Below are positions 14,726 through 26,387 of a stretch of 64,000 nt of DNA, piece by piece. Origin of the DNA: the human T2T-CHM13v2.0 reference genome, Homo sapiens; the NCBI RefSeq assembly GCF_009914755.1, contig NC_060942.1. One strand, 5' to 3'. Each line of letters starts with the position of its first letter. The first letter of the stretch is position 1. The translations under genes were made by a program, and so were the position numbers. The notes under the pieces are model-generated. The model had not been told where the DNA came from and searched no databases. It was given only the letters and a program-made list of their open reading frames with translations.

Positions 14726-16477
14726 GCTTAATGTTCTTTTTCAAAAGTGTTAAACATTTTCACTGTAAATTTATTATATGTTTCTTTAATTTTATTCTCC
14801 TAATTCTCTTTGCTTTCCTTGACATTCATATGTTATATGCTTTATCCTCTTGCCTTTTGAAAAAGATGAAAGGAAAATTTAAGGAACATATACTAACTTT
14901 TATCTTGGAATGCCTTTTTTATGGCTGCTTTATAAATTCTTGAAAATAAAGGGTCTAATGGAAAACTTAATGAGAAAGGAGGGGCTCTATCACATGTCAC
15001 CTCCCCCACCTTTTTTAGTGAATAGACCGTTTAAACTAAATTAAGTAAAGGATATAAATTCTGTTGTTTCAGTTTTAATATTTCATGACTGATTTTATAG
15101 ATGAAATTATATTTTACAATAAATAGGAAGAAGAATTTATACAGCCTGTTCTATTTGATGTGAAACAGCAAATCCCATTTCTCTGTAGCTGTAAAGAAAA
15201 TTCATTATAATGTCTTTAGTTGTACGAGATGGTTTCATCGTGATTAGTTACATTGATAATAAAACAACCTTTTTCAAATGGCATAAGATACAAACGATCC
15301 TAGGTGTCTGCTTTTAATGGCATTGAATTTTTTCACTTTCTGCTTAACTCGTAGAATTGCCATTCCTTTCCTTTGTCCCCTTTTTTCTATCCCAATAATT
15401 AAAAAAAAAAAACCCAGACAATTAGATGGAAATGCCAATAAAGCATTGGTTTTAAAAATATTTTTTGAGTGGAGAATATATTACATTTTAGTTTTTTTAT
15501 GTAAATATCTCTGACTACAAAAGATATATTTGTCAGAGATGGTTGATATAAGGTTGTCATACAGTTAATTTTATTACTGGATCAATTTAATATATTTGGA
15601 AAATAGTACTTGGAGTATAGGAAGGTTTTGAAAAAAGAAATTGCCAGGTGAGATGGCTGTGCTGATTTTGCAGGCCAAATTTGATTTGTTGTTTTATAAA
15701 GCTGTTAGTACATCTGCATGAAGAGTGCTGGCTGGGTGGAAGTCTTTGATAATGAAAGGAATGCTGGTCTCCCGTTCTGTTTTAGCCACTATGGCTTGAT
15801 CCCTGTCAGGATGGACTTCTGGTGATTGTTTAGCTCTCATTTTGAGCATTAAGGAAATATTTTAATAACCCGCAGGCAAAATTGAATTGGATGTTTGAAA
15901 TATAACATGTGTGTCCTCTGGAATAGAAACGATATTCTATTCCGACATGAGTGAGAATTTTACTATACTCTGACCACTTGGGCATGGGAGCACGTAGTTC
16001 TAGCCTGTTTGCCTTCCAGGTAGGTACCTTTGCAGTCTGCCTGGAGAAAGTTCTTTGTAGGGTCAGGCTACATGTGGCATGCAGGAAACTTTGGAGGTGG
16101 GACTTGCTCAGGTCCACATCCGATGACCAGAGGCCCCTAAGCTTGAAGGCCTCCTGCCAGGTGAAGGTGCTAGGCTTCTGTAGCATAAGTGGCCAGAGAA
16201 CTGGGACTCATTCGGCTCCGATGACCTGTGGCTCTACGTGTGTGTACTGTGTAGGTTTGGGGTTATGGCTGTGAGAATTGTAGGCTGCTGAAATGTCTGA
16301 GCCAAGCTGGCAAGGAACACATGATCAGTTACCTCCGAGGCAGGCCCCTTGCTAAGTAGATTCTAGGGGTCTATTCAACGAATGCCTCCATCCAAAATGA
16401 GCGGATTTTTCAGGAAACGTTAAGATATTTCTCCATTTCCATATAAATCTAAATTTAAAACTCGCTCTACTGTATCT

Positions 16478-16625
16478 CTTTATTATTATTATTTTTTAAT
16501 GTTTAATTTTGTGGGTACATAGCAGGTGTGTATATTTATGGGGTACATGAGATGTTTTGGTACAGGCAAGCAATGAGTAATAACTATATCATTTGTAAAA
16601 TGGGGTATTCATCCCCTGAAGCAAT
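16478..16625 (-). mobile_element. L1MA (L1MA2-like) extreme 3' end
   Basis: ttttgtgggtacatagcaggtgtgtatatttatggggtacatgagatgttttggtacaggca. Confidence 0.88.
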
Positions 16626-16639
16626 AGGTAATTCCTTTA

Positions 16640-17172
16640 GGAGTTACCTATTGCTACATAACAAATTTGGCCAAAACATAGTTGCTTAAAGCAATAAGCA
16701 TTTATCATCTCTCAGTGTCTGTGGATGAGGAATTGGAGGGTGGGCTTGCCTGGGTGCTTCTGGCTCCGGGTCTGTCCTGTGGCTGCAGGTAGGATGTTGT
16801 GGGGGTTGCTGTCCTCTGAAGGCTTACCTCAAGCTGGAGGATCTGCTACCGAGACAACTCACTGCCCTCTGGCTGTGGGCAGCAGCCCCCAGCTCCTCAC
16901 TGGCTCTGAGTCGGAGGCCTCATTTCCTTCCCCCATGGGCCTCCCCACAGCTGCTTAAATGTCCCTGCTACATGGTACTGGCTTGCACTGGACAGAGTGA
17001 CCCTAGGGGAGGGCATGCAGGAAGCACAGGGTCTCTTAGAACTTCGTCTCCAGCATGCAGCATCCTCACTTCCACTATTTTCTGTCCCTTACAAACAGCT
17101 CCGTACTCAAGAGGAGGGGAATTGGGCTCCATCCTTTAAAGGGAATGTCAAAAGAACTCATTTAAACCACCG
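16640..17172 (-). mobile_element. MLT1H-like MaLR solo LTR
   Basis: gttacctattgctacataacaaat...cttaaagcaataagcatttatcatctc...gctggaggatctgct...caagaggaggggaatt...aatgtcaaagaa. Confidence 0.8.
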
Positions 17173-18099
17173 AAGGCATTTTCCTGGGTAGGGAAATAAA
17201 CAATTTTACAAACATGTAAATTAGGAATGCAAGGTAGCCTGGTCTCAGGACTGTGAGGACGTGGGTTTCCTGGACCCCAGTGTTTATGTGCTAGTCCTCT
17301 TGTGAGGAAGACAGACCCTATTACATCTACACGTGGTGAAATTGCCTCCACTGTTATCTAGTGAATGGTTTTTTAGGGTGTTGTATACTCTCTTCTCGTG
17401 GATGAGTTTGTACAACTTGCAGTTGTAAACCTTTTCATGGAAGAGTGTTTTTTTTTCCTTCATAGGATCAGATACTTGATTTTGTGGTCTTTGTTATGAA
17501 TGGATGTTTCTGCCGGGAGGAGACTGGTGAGGAGAGGGTGGAGTGCAGCGCCCTTTAGTTACCCTCAGATTGTGCACATGGGGTTTCGTGACTACAACTA
17601 ATACTAAGCTGCCTTTATGCATGGACTTGATGGCTCTATTAAATGAGGTAATACCATAAGGGCAAGACACATTTTCAACAGGAAGTCAGCTGACGTGACA
17701 GATGAAGAAAGAGATGCGAGTGGCCCCCTAGTTTCTATTGCCTCTTACCTTGCGCAGCCATTGCCCTTGCAGCTCGCAGGGGGCTTGTGGGCAGCCCTGC
17801 CTGTCCGGCCTTGCCCTGCGAGGAGCAGGGAATCCAGTTCTGCTGGAGGGCGGTCATCACTTCTGGATTCGTCCTTTTTTTTTGTACTCCCCAAAGAGAA
17901 AGAACAAAAGACCACTAGATGTTTTCATACACGCGTGTGTATGCACACCTGCCTTGTCACACGTACCCCTCAGTGAAGTTACTGTGGGCCTGGTGACAAT
18001 GTCACACTGCCTGCATGACGAATTTGGGTGAATCTAGGAAGGGCGAAGGGTGTGATGGGGCTGGATGGGAGAGGATGGGTTCTTTATGGCATCACCATA

Positions 18100-18760
18100 G
18101 TGGTGTGTGTCTGTGAGTGTGTGTGTGAATGAATATTTGTGTGTGAGAGTGCGCGTGTCATTGTGTCTGTGTCTGAATTTGTGAATATGTCTGAATGTGA
18201 GTACGTGTGAGTGTGTATCTGAATGAGTGTGTGGGTGTGCAAATGCATGTGTGTCAGCCTACAAGTGCGTGTCTGTTTTAGTGTGTGAATGTCAGTATCT
18301 GTGAATGTGTGTGTATATATCTGTGTGTCAGTGTATCTGAGTGCGTGTGTCAGTGTGAATGTGAGTCCGTGTGTCTGTTAGTCTGAATGTGAGTTGGTGT
18401 GTGAGTGCATGTGTGTGTGAATGAGTGCATGTGAGTGAAGATATGTGTGTATCTGTATCAGTGTGTGAGTGCGTGTGTATCTGAGTGCGTGTCAGTGTGA
18501 CTGTGTGTGTGTCCGTGTGAATGTGTGAGTGCGTGTGTGTGTACGTGTGAATGTGAATCCGTGTGTGTCTGTATGTCTGTGAATATGTGACTGCGTGTGT
18601 GAGTGCGGGTGTTAGTGTGTGTGCATGTGAGTGTGTGTGTGCATGAGTGTGAGACTGCGTGTTTGAGTGCAAGTGTGAGTGCGTGAGGGTAAGTGCATGT
18701 GTGAAACTGCATGTGTGAGTGTGAGTGCGCGTGTGCGTCTGTGACTTTGGGTGTGTGCAC
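18100..18760. repeat. Degenerate (TG)n/GTGA-rich simple repeat
   Basis: ~660 bp of gtgtgt/gtgagt/gtgcgt/gtgaat. Confidence 0.95.
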
Positions 18761-19719
18761 ATGAGGGCGGCAGAGCGAGAGCTGCAGCTCGCTTCGTAGA
18801 TACTCTTTAGGAGGGAGAAAGGCAGAGAGAGAAATGAGAGATTGAAATGAGTGAAAAGTGGAACAAAAGGATGAAAATGAAGGGAAAAATGTCATGCATG
18901 CCGCCCTAGCGTGTGAAATGGTTTCATTTGACTGAAATAATTGTTTCTCAAATTCTTCCCGAAATGCCTTCTTTGATATGCAGAAAGAAACGTCCTGTGA
19001 GAAGCGGCCAGCAGGTGTCATCAGAAGGCTGCGCTTGATTTATTATTGTTCTCAAAAAGTATTTTAATTTCTTTATTGAAACTTTTTTTTTTCTTTTAAA
19101 TCATAGGCAGAGAACGATTTCAGTTTGAGCATGGACTTTGTTTTGTGACAGTTTCTGGGTGAATTAATAATTTATAGGTAGAAATGAAGATAATAAAGCT
19201 ACATGGAGCTTATGTTGACAGTCAAGGAACAACTGCTTGAGTGTTTGGGTAAGATGGATACTTGGGGAATCTTGGTGGCACAGTGAAGAGATGTGTGGAA
19301 AGGGAATTGATGATTTGAATAGGAAACGTAATGCTTGAAGAAGACTGGGTTTAATAACACATCCATTATTTTAGTCTAGATACTTGCCAGGTCTTCTCAA
19401 TCTTGAAACCTTACTGTGGGAAGAAATCTGAGGCTCATTCTACTTCTCCACTGGGTTACAAGCACTGGTACTTTGAGAGGGAAAGGAGATCACGCCTTCC
19501 TCTGAGAGCTGGCAGTCAGTGAGTCTTCTGCCTGTTTTCGCTTTGTTCCGGGGAGAGCCAGAGGGGCTTTCTGGTTCATGATAAGCTTTCAGTTCATGTT
19601 TGTTGAGTGAATGACATGAAATCTGCCTCAGAAAAATGAGGCCTTAAACTGTCCCAATTGGATGATTTTTGAATTCTTCTTTAAAAAAGACCCGTTCCGG
19701 CTCTGTTGGTAATATGCTA

Positions 19720-20490
19720 CTTGTTCTAGTAACCTTTCCCAGTGAACTAAAAACAACTTTTACATCAGCATAAACTTTCTCACCTGCTGAATCCCTTCTA
19801 GATGGCTTTGAGATACCTATTAAACCACTCTGCATCCCTGCTTACTGATGTCATTCTAGTTCTGGACCGTATTACTTAAACTCTTACACTGAGCTCTTTC
19901 TGCCTTTAGATTGTCTCTGCCTTCAGTATGTCTTGCGTCTTGAAAAATTAATCTTCCTAAAGCAGGGCTGTGTCTCAGTGACTCCCTACTGGCACCAATG
20001 AATAAAATCCAGCTCTTAATATGGAGCCTTCTGTGATCTGGACCTGGTCGACCAGCTGCCAGTTTTCTAAGTCAGTCTGTGGTAGAAAGCCAGTGCCGTG
20101 GCCCTCTGGATGGCTGAGAGCTTTCTTACGTGCTCGTGGTTTGTGTTTTAGGGCTTTGCCAGATCGCTGCCTTCTCCTTGAGATATTTAACTGTTCCTAC
20201 TTGCCCCCTCAACAAACGACAAACAGTTTTAATTTCCTCAAGGTTAGGCTCAAATGATATTTTTGCTATCTGAGTTAAATATTCTGCTTGGGAGTATGAT
20301 TCCTTGCTCACGTATACTCTGTAGATCTTAGTTTGCATTGTGCACATGATCATGTATGGCCTTGTATTGAGGTCCTTGGTGTGTATGTCATGTGGCCCCC
20401 ACAGAATCTTACCCCAATGCATGAGTACATTTGTATGACTACAGTTCCTTTCATGTGGTAGCATTCAATATTTATTTGTTGAATGTTTGT
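19720..20490 (+). mobile_element. Highly diverged L2 3' region
   Basis: aatcttcctaaagca...gtgactcccta...aataaaatccagctctta...ccttctgtgatctgg; ends in tggtagcattcaatatttatttgttgaat. Confidence 0.62.
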
Positions 20491-20709
20491 TGTTATTTCT
20501 TGATATAGTGAGATATTGGGTTATTTCATTAATTTAGAAATTCAGTTGTGAAATAACAAATGTGGAAACTTTTTTCCTTTTGTTTTAGAATTCTTGGAGC
20601 CATTATTTAGAAGATTAAGGCTCTCATTATTTTGCTTCTTAGTTGTCATTCTTTTTGTCTGTAAAAATATGAGTCAGATGCCCTCAACAGAGTGTTCGCT
20701 CTAAGCAAA

Positions 20710-20731
20710 TGTGTGTGTGTGTGTGTGTGTG
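20710..20731. repeat. (TG)n microsatellite, ~11 units
   Basis: Visible directly. Confidence 0.9.
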
Positions 20732-20959
20732 CCTGTGTATGTGCGTACGTATGTATGTCTTCCCTAAGTAATGTGGTGGTGTGTGTTCCCTTTATGTATT
20801 TGGAAAGTGGAACTCCTGCTGGTGCCTAGTGAAAGGGACAGTCGTGCACTGCAGCAGTGTTTGCAGATGAAGACGTGGTAGACTGGGCATGGAAAGGGAG
20901 TTCCTGCTGTTTTAGACTAAGCATTAAAATGTTTTTAAGCAGAACTTCTGTTACAGATT

Positions 20960-21168
20960 TTTTAAACATTGTATCTATCTATATAGATATAGACATATAC
21001 AAAAGTTGATAGAATAGTATAATGAATCCCCATGTGCTTGTCACTCAGCTTTAATCATTATCACATAACTTCACCATGCCCCTCTCCTGGACTATTTTAA
21101 AGTGTATTGCAGGCATTTTTAATTTCATCTGTAAATACTTAGATATTAGACATTTCTTATATCACAAT
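20960..21168 (-). mobile_element. L1MC5-like 3' end fragment
   Basis: acaaaagttgatagaatagtataatgaatccccatgtgc...tttcatctgtaaatactt. Confidence 0.65.
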
Positions 21169-21171
21169 AAG

Positions 21172-21295
21172 GCATTCATTCATTCTAGTACCTTACAAGT
21201 GCTTGGAACTGTTCTAGGCTCTTGGGATATATGGCTGGATAAAATAAATCATGTCTTTACAGTCTAGCGTGTAGAGACAGAAAATAAACTAGACA
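21172..21295 (-). mobile_element. L2 3' end fragment
   Basis: cattcattcatt...actgttctaggctcttgggatata...cttacagtctag-like. Confidence 0.65.
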
Positions 21296-21302
21296 CATAA
21301 AT

Positions 21303-22295
21303 AACCATAACAGAAAAAGCATTGATTTCATCAGAATTTAAAACTTCTGTTTATCAAAGACACCATTAATCAAATGAGAAGGGAGGAAATGTTGGTTAAA
21401 CACATATCTAACAAAGGATTTATATCCAGAATACGTAAGCAGTTCAATAATAAAACAACCAAATTAAGAAATAGCCAAAAGACTAACAAAGCACATTAAA
21501 AAGTATTCAGTGCCATCACTAGGCATCAGGGAAATGGAGATTAAAACCATACATACTAGAGTGACTAAAATTTAAAAGACTGATATCAAGTGTTGGTGAG
21601 GGTGTGGGCCAAACAGAATTCTTATACATAGCTGCTAGCAATGCAAAACAGTACAGGCACTTTGAAAATCAGTCAGGCAGTTTCTCATAAAGTTGGACGT
21701 CCATCTGCCCTATAACGCAGCAGTATCAATCGTTGATATTTACACAAAAGAATGAAAAAATATGTTTTAAAAACACATGGATATTCTTGCTCAAGTATAC
21801 TGCTGTAGATCTTAGTTTGTATTGTACACATGATCACGTATGGCCTTGTATTGAGGTCACTGGTGTGTATGTCATGTGACTCCCGCAGAATATTATCTCA
21901 GTGCACGAGTGTGTTGGTGTCACTACAGTTCCGTTCATTTGGTAGGTGCTCAGTACATATTTGTTGAACTAAGAATATTCATAGCAGCTTTCTTGTAATA
22001 GCAACAAAAGGAAACAGCCCTAATGTCTATCAGCAGAATTGTGGTGTATCTATTCAGTATACTACAACCCAGCAGTGCAATGGAACATGCTACTCACACA
22101 TGCAGTAAAAGCGTCAGGCTGAGCCCAGGAGGCCAGACCTCCCTTCCCCCACAGAGCATATTGCATGGCTCCATTTTACTAGACCAGGCAAAACTAAACT
22201 ATCGTGGAAGAATTCTGAATAGTGGTTGCTGTGGTGGAGGGACCAGCTGCGAAGGTGCATGAGGCATCTTGCTGGTAGGATGGCAGGGCTGTATC
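21303..22295 (+). mobile_element. Old L1M (L1ME/MD-like) ORF2 end and 3'UTR, interrupted at 21783-21968 by a local sequence copy
   Basis: aaaacttctgtttatcaaagacaccatt...catcagggaaatg..attaaaacca...caagtgttggtgagggtgtgg...aatattcatagcagcttt. Confidence 0.82.
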
Positions 22296-22299
22296 CTGA

Positions 22300-22592
22300 T
22301 AGGGATTCCTGGGACGTCACCTCTGCAGATCTCTGGGCCTCTTTTTCTCTCCACTTTTCTCCTCTCCTTTGTTTTATCCTCAACTTATAATGCCCCTCCT
22401 TGTGCTATGGCCTTCGTACTTTCTTAGGCAGAAAGCCGGACTCACCTAGTGTGTTCATCTCAGGAATCGCTGTCCTTTGGTGTCTGATGTCGACTGTCTT
22501 GCACTGTTGCTTCGTAGGTTTCATTTACTTTTTTTCAGTTGTTTCAAACATGAGAGTAAATCCAGTCCCTGTGATCTTGACCAGAAGCAGCT
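22300..22592 (-). mobile_element. L1M 5'-end-like fragment
   Basis: ctcacct..tgtgttcatctcaggaatcgctgtcctttggtgtctgatgtc...gagtaaatccagtccctgt. Confidence 0.6.
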
Positions 22593-22877
22593 GTCCTGGG
22601 TTGGACAATGTATCTGTTTTAAGCAATGTATTGTCTCGATGTCTCATCTCTTACAGTGTAAGCTCTCACAGGACTAAGATTTTGGGTGGTGTTTGCTGTA
22701 TATCCAGCATCTACAGGCAAGAATACTTGATATACTGTAGGCACTAAGTGAAGGTTTTGAAATGGGTGCATGATTCTTTCTTTCTTCCTTTCCTCCCTTT
22801 ACTCTTCAATTGCAAATGTTGAATAGCAAACCAATGCTTTATAGAAAAGAGCATTTCTGTCCCCCTCCCCTGCTCTT

Positions 22878-23005
22878 CTTTTTTGGTTAGAGATAGGGTT
22901 TCACCATGTTGCCCAGGCTGGTCTCCAACTCCCAGGCTCAAGTGGTCTGCCCACCTTGGCCTTCCAAAGTGCTGAGATTACAGCCATGAGCCACTGTGCC
23001 CAGCC
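22878..23005 (-). mobile_element. FLAM_C / Alu left monomer
   Basis: Single arm; TSD aagagcatttc at 22847-22857 and 23008-23018. Confidence 0.88.
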
Positions 23006-23122
23006 AGAAGAGCATTTCCTAAGGATCCTTTGCAATACCAGTCTCTTGATTCTTTATAAACAAAGCGTTCTGTAATCAAATAAGGTTGGAAAGAGCTTGT
23101 GTACCGAGAAATCCTGTGGTAA

Positions 23123-23434
<312 letters not shown>

Positions 23435-23621
23435 TGACCAGAGATGTTTTTTCACTTAAAACAGCTACTCTTATATAATTTATATTTTCTGGAACCTATT
23501 CTGAAGGAATGTATCTGAACTAATGTTGAATGTCTTATAAATGCAATAAAACTAGATAAATTTATCTTTTTACTCTTTTTCAAATACTTTTATATTATAC
23601 ATAATATATGACAATTTATAT

Positions 23622-24960
23622 ATTTTAAACAGCTTTATTGAGATATTTGCAGTTCAGTGGATTTTAGTATTATATTCATGGATGTGTGCAACTATCACCA
23701 CAGTTCATTTTAAAACACTGTTATCACCTCAGAAAGAAACCTCTTACCCTTTAGCTATCATTCTCCATTCTGCCTGCCTACCCGCAGCCCTGAGAAACCA
23801 AGGGCTGCCTATTTTTCTGTCTGTATAGATTTCTCTATTCTAGACATTTCATATAAAAAGGAACCATATAGTACATGGTCTTCACTTGGCATAATGTTTC
23901 TAAGGGCCATCCACATTGTGGCATGTTAGTACTTCATTTTTAATTTTATTTTTATTTATTATATTTTCAGAGACAAGGTCTCTGTCTCTGTCTCCCAGGC
24001 TGGAGTGCAGTGGTGTGATCGTAGCTCAGTGCAGCCTTGAACTCCTGGACTCAAGCAATCCTCTTGCTTCAGCTCCGGAGTTAGGACCACAGGCACTTGG
24101 CACTAATTTTTATTATTTTTTTATTTTTTTAGAGCTGGGGTCTTGCTGTGTTGCCCAGGCTGGTGTCGAACTACTGCACCCAAGCCATCCTCCCTCCTTG
24201 TCCTTCAAAAGCATTGGGATTGTAGGCATGAGCTACCGTGCCTGGCCGATACTTCATTCTTTTTTATGACTGAATACTATTTCATTGTGTGGATACCGCA
24301 TTTTCTTGATTCATTCATCCATTGACAAACATTTGGGTTGTTTCCACCTTTTGGCTGTTATGAATAAGTACTGCAGTCAGCATTTGCATACAAGTTTTTG
24401 GGTGGATATATGTTTTTGCTTCTCTTGGTTGTGTATACCTCCAAGTAGAATTACTGTGCTATATGCTAGCACCATGTTTAATTGTTTAAAGAACTGGTAG
24501 ACTGTTTTCCAAAGTGGCTGCACCATTTTACATTCCCCTTAGTAGTGTTATGAGGGTTCCAGTTTTTCCACATTCTTGCCAACGCTTGTTATCTGATTTT
24601 TTGAGTATAGCTATCTTAGTGGGTTTGAAATGGTATCTCCTTGTGGGTTTGATTTGCATTTCTTTAGTGACTACTGATGTAGAGTATCTTTTCATATGTG
24701 TATTATGTATATTTTCTATGAAGAAATGTATTTCATATTCTGTGCTCATTTTAAATTGATTTATCTTACTATTGAGAATAAAAGTTTTAAAAATATATTT
24801 TAGATGCAAGTCCCTTATCAGATATCTGATTTGCAAAAATGTGTTCCCATTCTGTGGGCTCTGTTTTCACTTTCTTGATAGTGGCTTTTGAAGCATAGTG
24901 TCTTTTGAAGTTTTTAATTTTGATGAAGTCCAATTTACTTGTTTTTTTCTCGTATTGTTC
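23622..24960 (-). mobile_element. L1MB-type 3' end and ORF2 tail, interrupted by AluJ
   Basis: aacagctttattgagatat...catttgggttgtttccaccttttggct...ttttccaaagtggctgcaccattttacattccc...ttgatgaagtccaattta; the minus-strand ORF EMQIKPTRRYHF..IAILKKSDNKRW resembles the L1 ORF2p C-terminus. Confidence 0.9.
23939..24247 (-). mobile_element. AluJ
   Basis: Diverged dimer (gatcgtagctcagtgcagccttgaactcctggactcaagcaatcctc); TSD tacttcatt on both sides. Confidence 0.92.
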
Positions 24961-25425
24961 GCGCTTCCAGTGTCCTGCATTATAAGCATATTTTTGTTGC
25001 CTGATTTTAGCTGAGTCAAAGCAATAGGCTCCATTTGATTTGTCAACGTTATGGAAAAAATAGCTAAAATAGTTTAAAATAGTTGTCATTAGCCTTGAGA
25101 CTATAATACGTTGATGCCTTTTTATTAACGTGGAATCAAGTGGCATTTGGCTGAACATTCCCATCATGGTGTAAAGTAAATGGAAAATGATATGTTTTAA
25201 TTGAATTAAATAGCATAATGAAAAATAAAATCAATATTATTGATTTCAAGGCATTTTATTCAATAAAATTCTTTTTTTCCTCAAAATTTACTCCATTAAT
25301 TCTACTCTACCACTGACATTTCCCTTTGCCATTAACCTTCAGACAATATAAAATGACAATTAGATGAGGAAATTAATGATTGACAGCTGGACTAGAAGTG
25401 GCTTTTCATTGGTAAAAGAGCTTGA

Positions 25426-25838
<413 letters not shown>

Positions 25839-26334
25839 GAAACAGTTGTTTTAAAATTATGTTTCTTTTACATAGGACTTGGGCTTCTGTTAGAGGTTAA
25901 GGAGGGGAAGGCCTCACTTCTAGACTTGCATCACAGCAGTTTTGTTTTAATATATTTTACAGAGTAGGAGCTCATTGAAATGTTTTTTGAAAGGAGAGCT
26001 TCTCTTTTTGTTTTTTTTTAAAAAGGGTAGTAAATTGAAGTATGCTGGTACAGAGAATTGAAATATGGGAGTTTTTCTGCAAGCTTGTTGAGAAATCACT
26101 TTTTCTACCAAAGATACCATAGTATTTCTTCTGGAGTCAACAATAGGGTGACATGGTGTTCCTAAAATCCTACTTCATACTTTTTGATAAAAGACTTTAG
26201 ACATGTAATCAAATTCATCTCAGTATAAAGGGTGTTTCATTGGGGCTAACTTCATGATACTTTTTCATCTAGTTTTAGACTAATACATGTGTCTTTATAT
26301 TCAAGATTTAATACCATGTTTGTTTACTTCACAG

Positions 26335-26387
26335 GTTATGAGTGCCAGTGAGCCGCCTTAGATAGAAGCATCGTCAGCACTTTATTA
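26335..26387 (+). other. ZNF407: 5'UTR part (53 nt) of the 4,740-nt exon
   Basis: Lies between the pyrimidine-tract/CAG acceptor and ATG 26388; in-frame TGA at 26349-26351 shows the CDS cannot extend upstream. Confidence 0.9.
26338..26361 (+). other. Upstream ORF MSASEPP*
   Basis: ATG AGT GCC AGT GAG CCG CCT TAG, out of frame with the CDS and ending 26 nt before ATG 26388. Confidence 0.75.

Noticed and set aside
17545-17735. Two partial CTCF-like motifs (gcgccctttagt; gcccccctagt-like)
   Set aside because: Mismatches at the conserved CC end of the core; too weak without ChIP data.
18328-19021. His/Thr-rich minus-strand ORFs (144 and 187 aa)
   Set aside because: Translation of the (TG)n tract.
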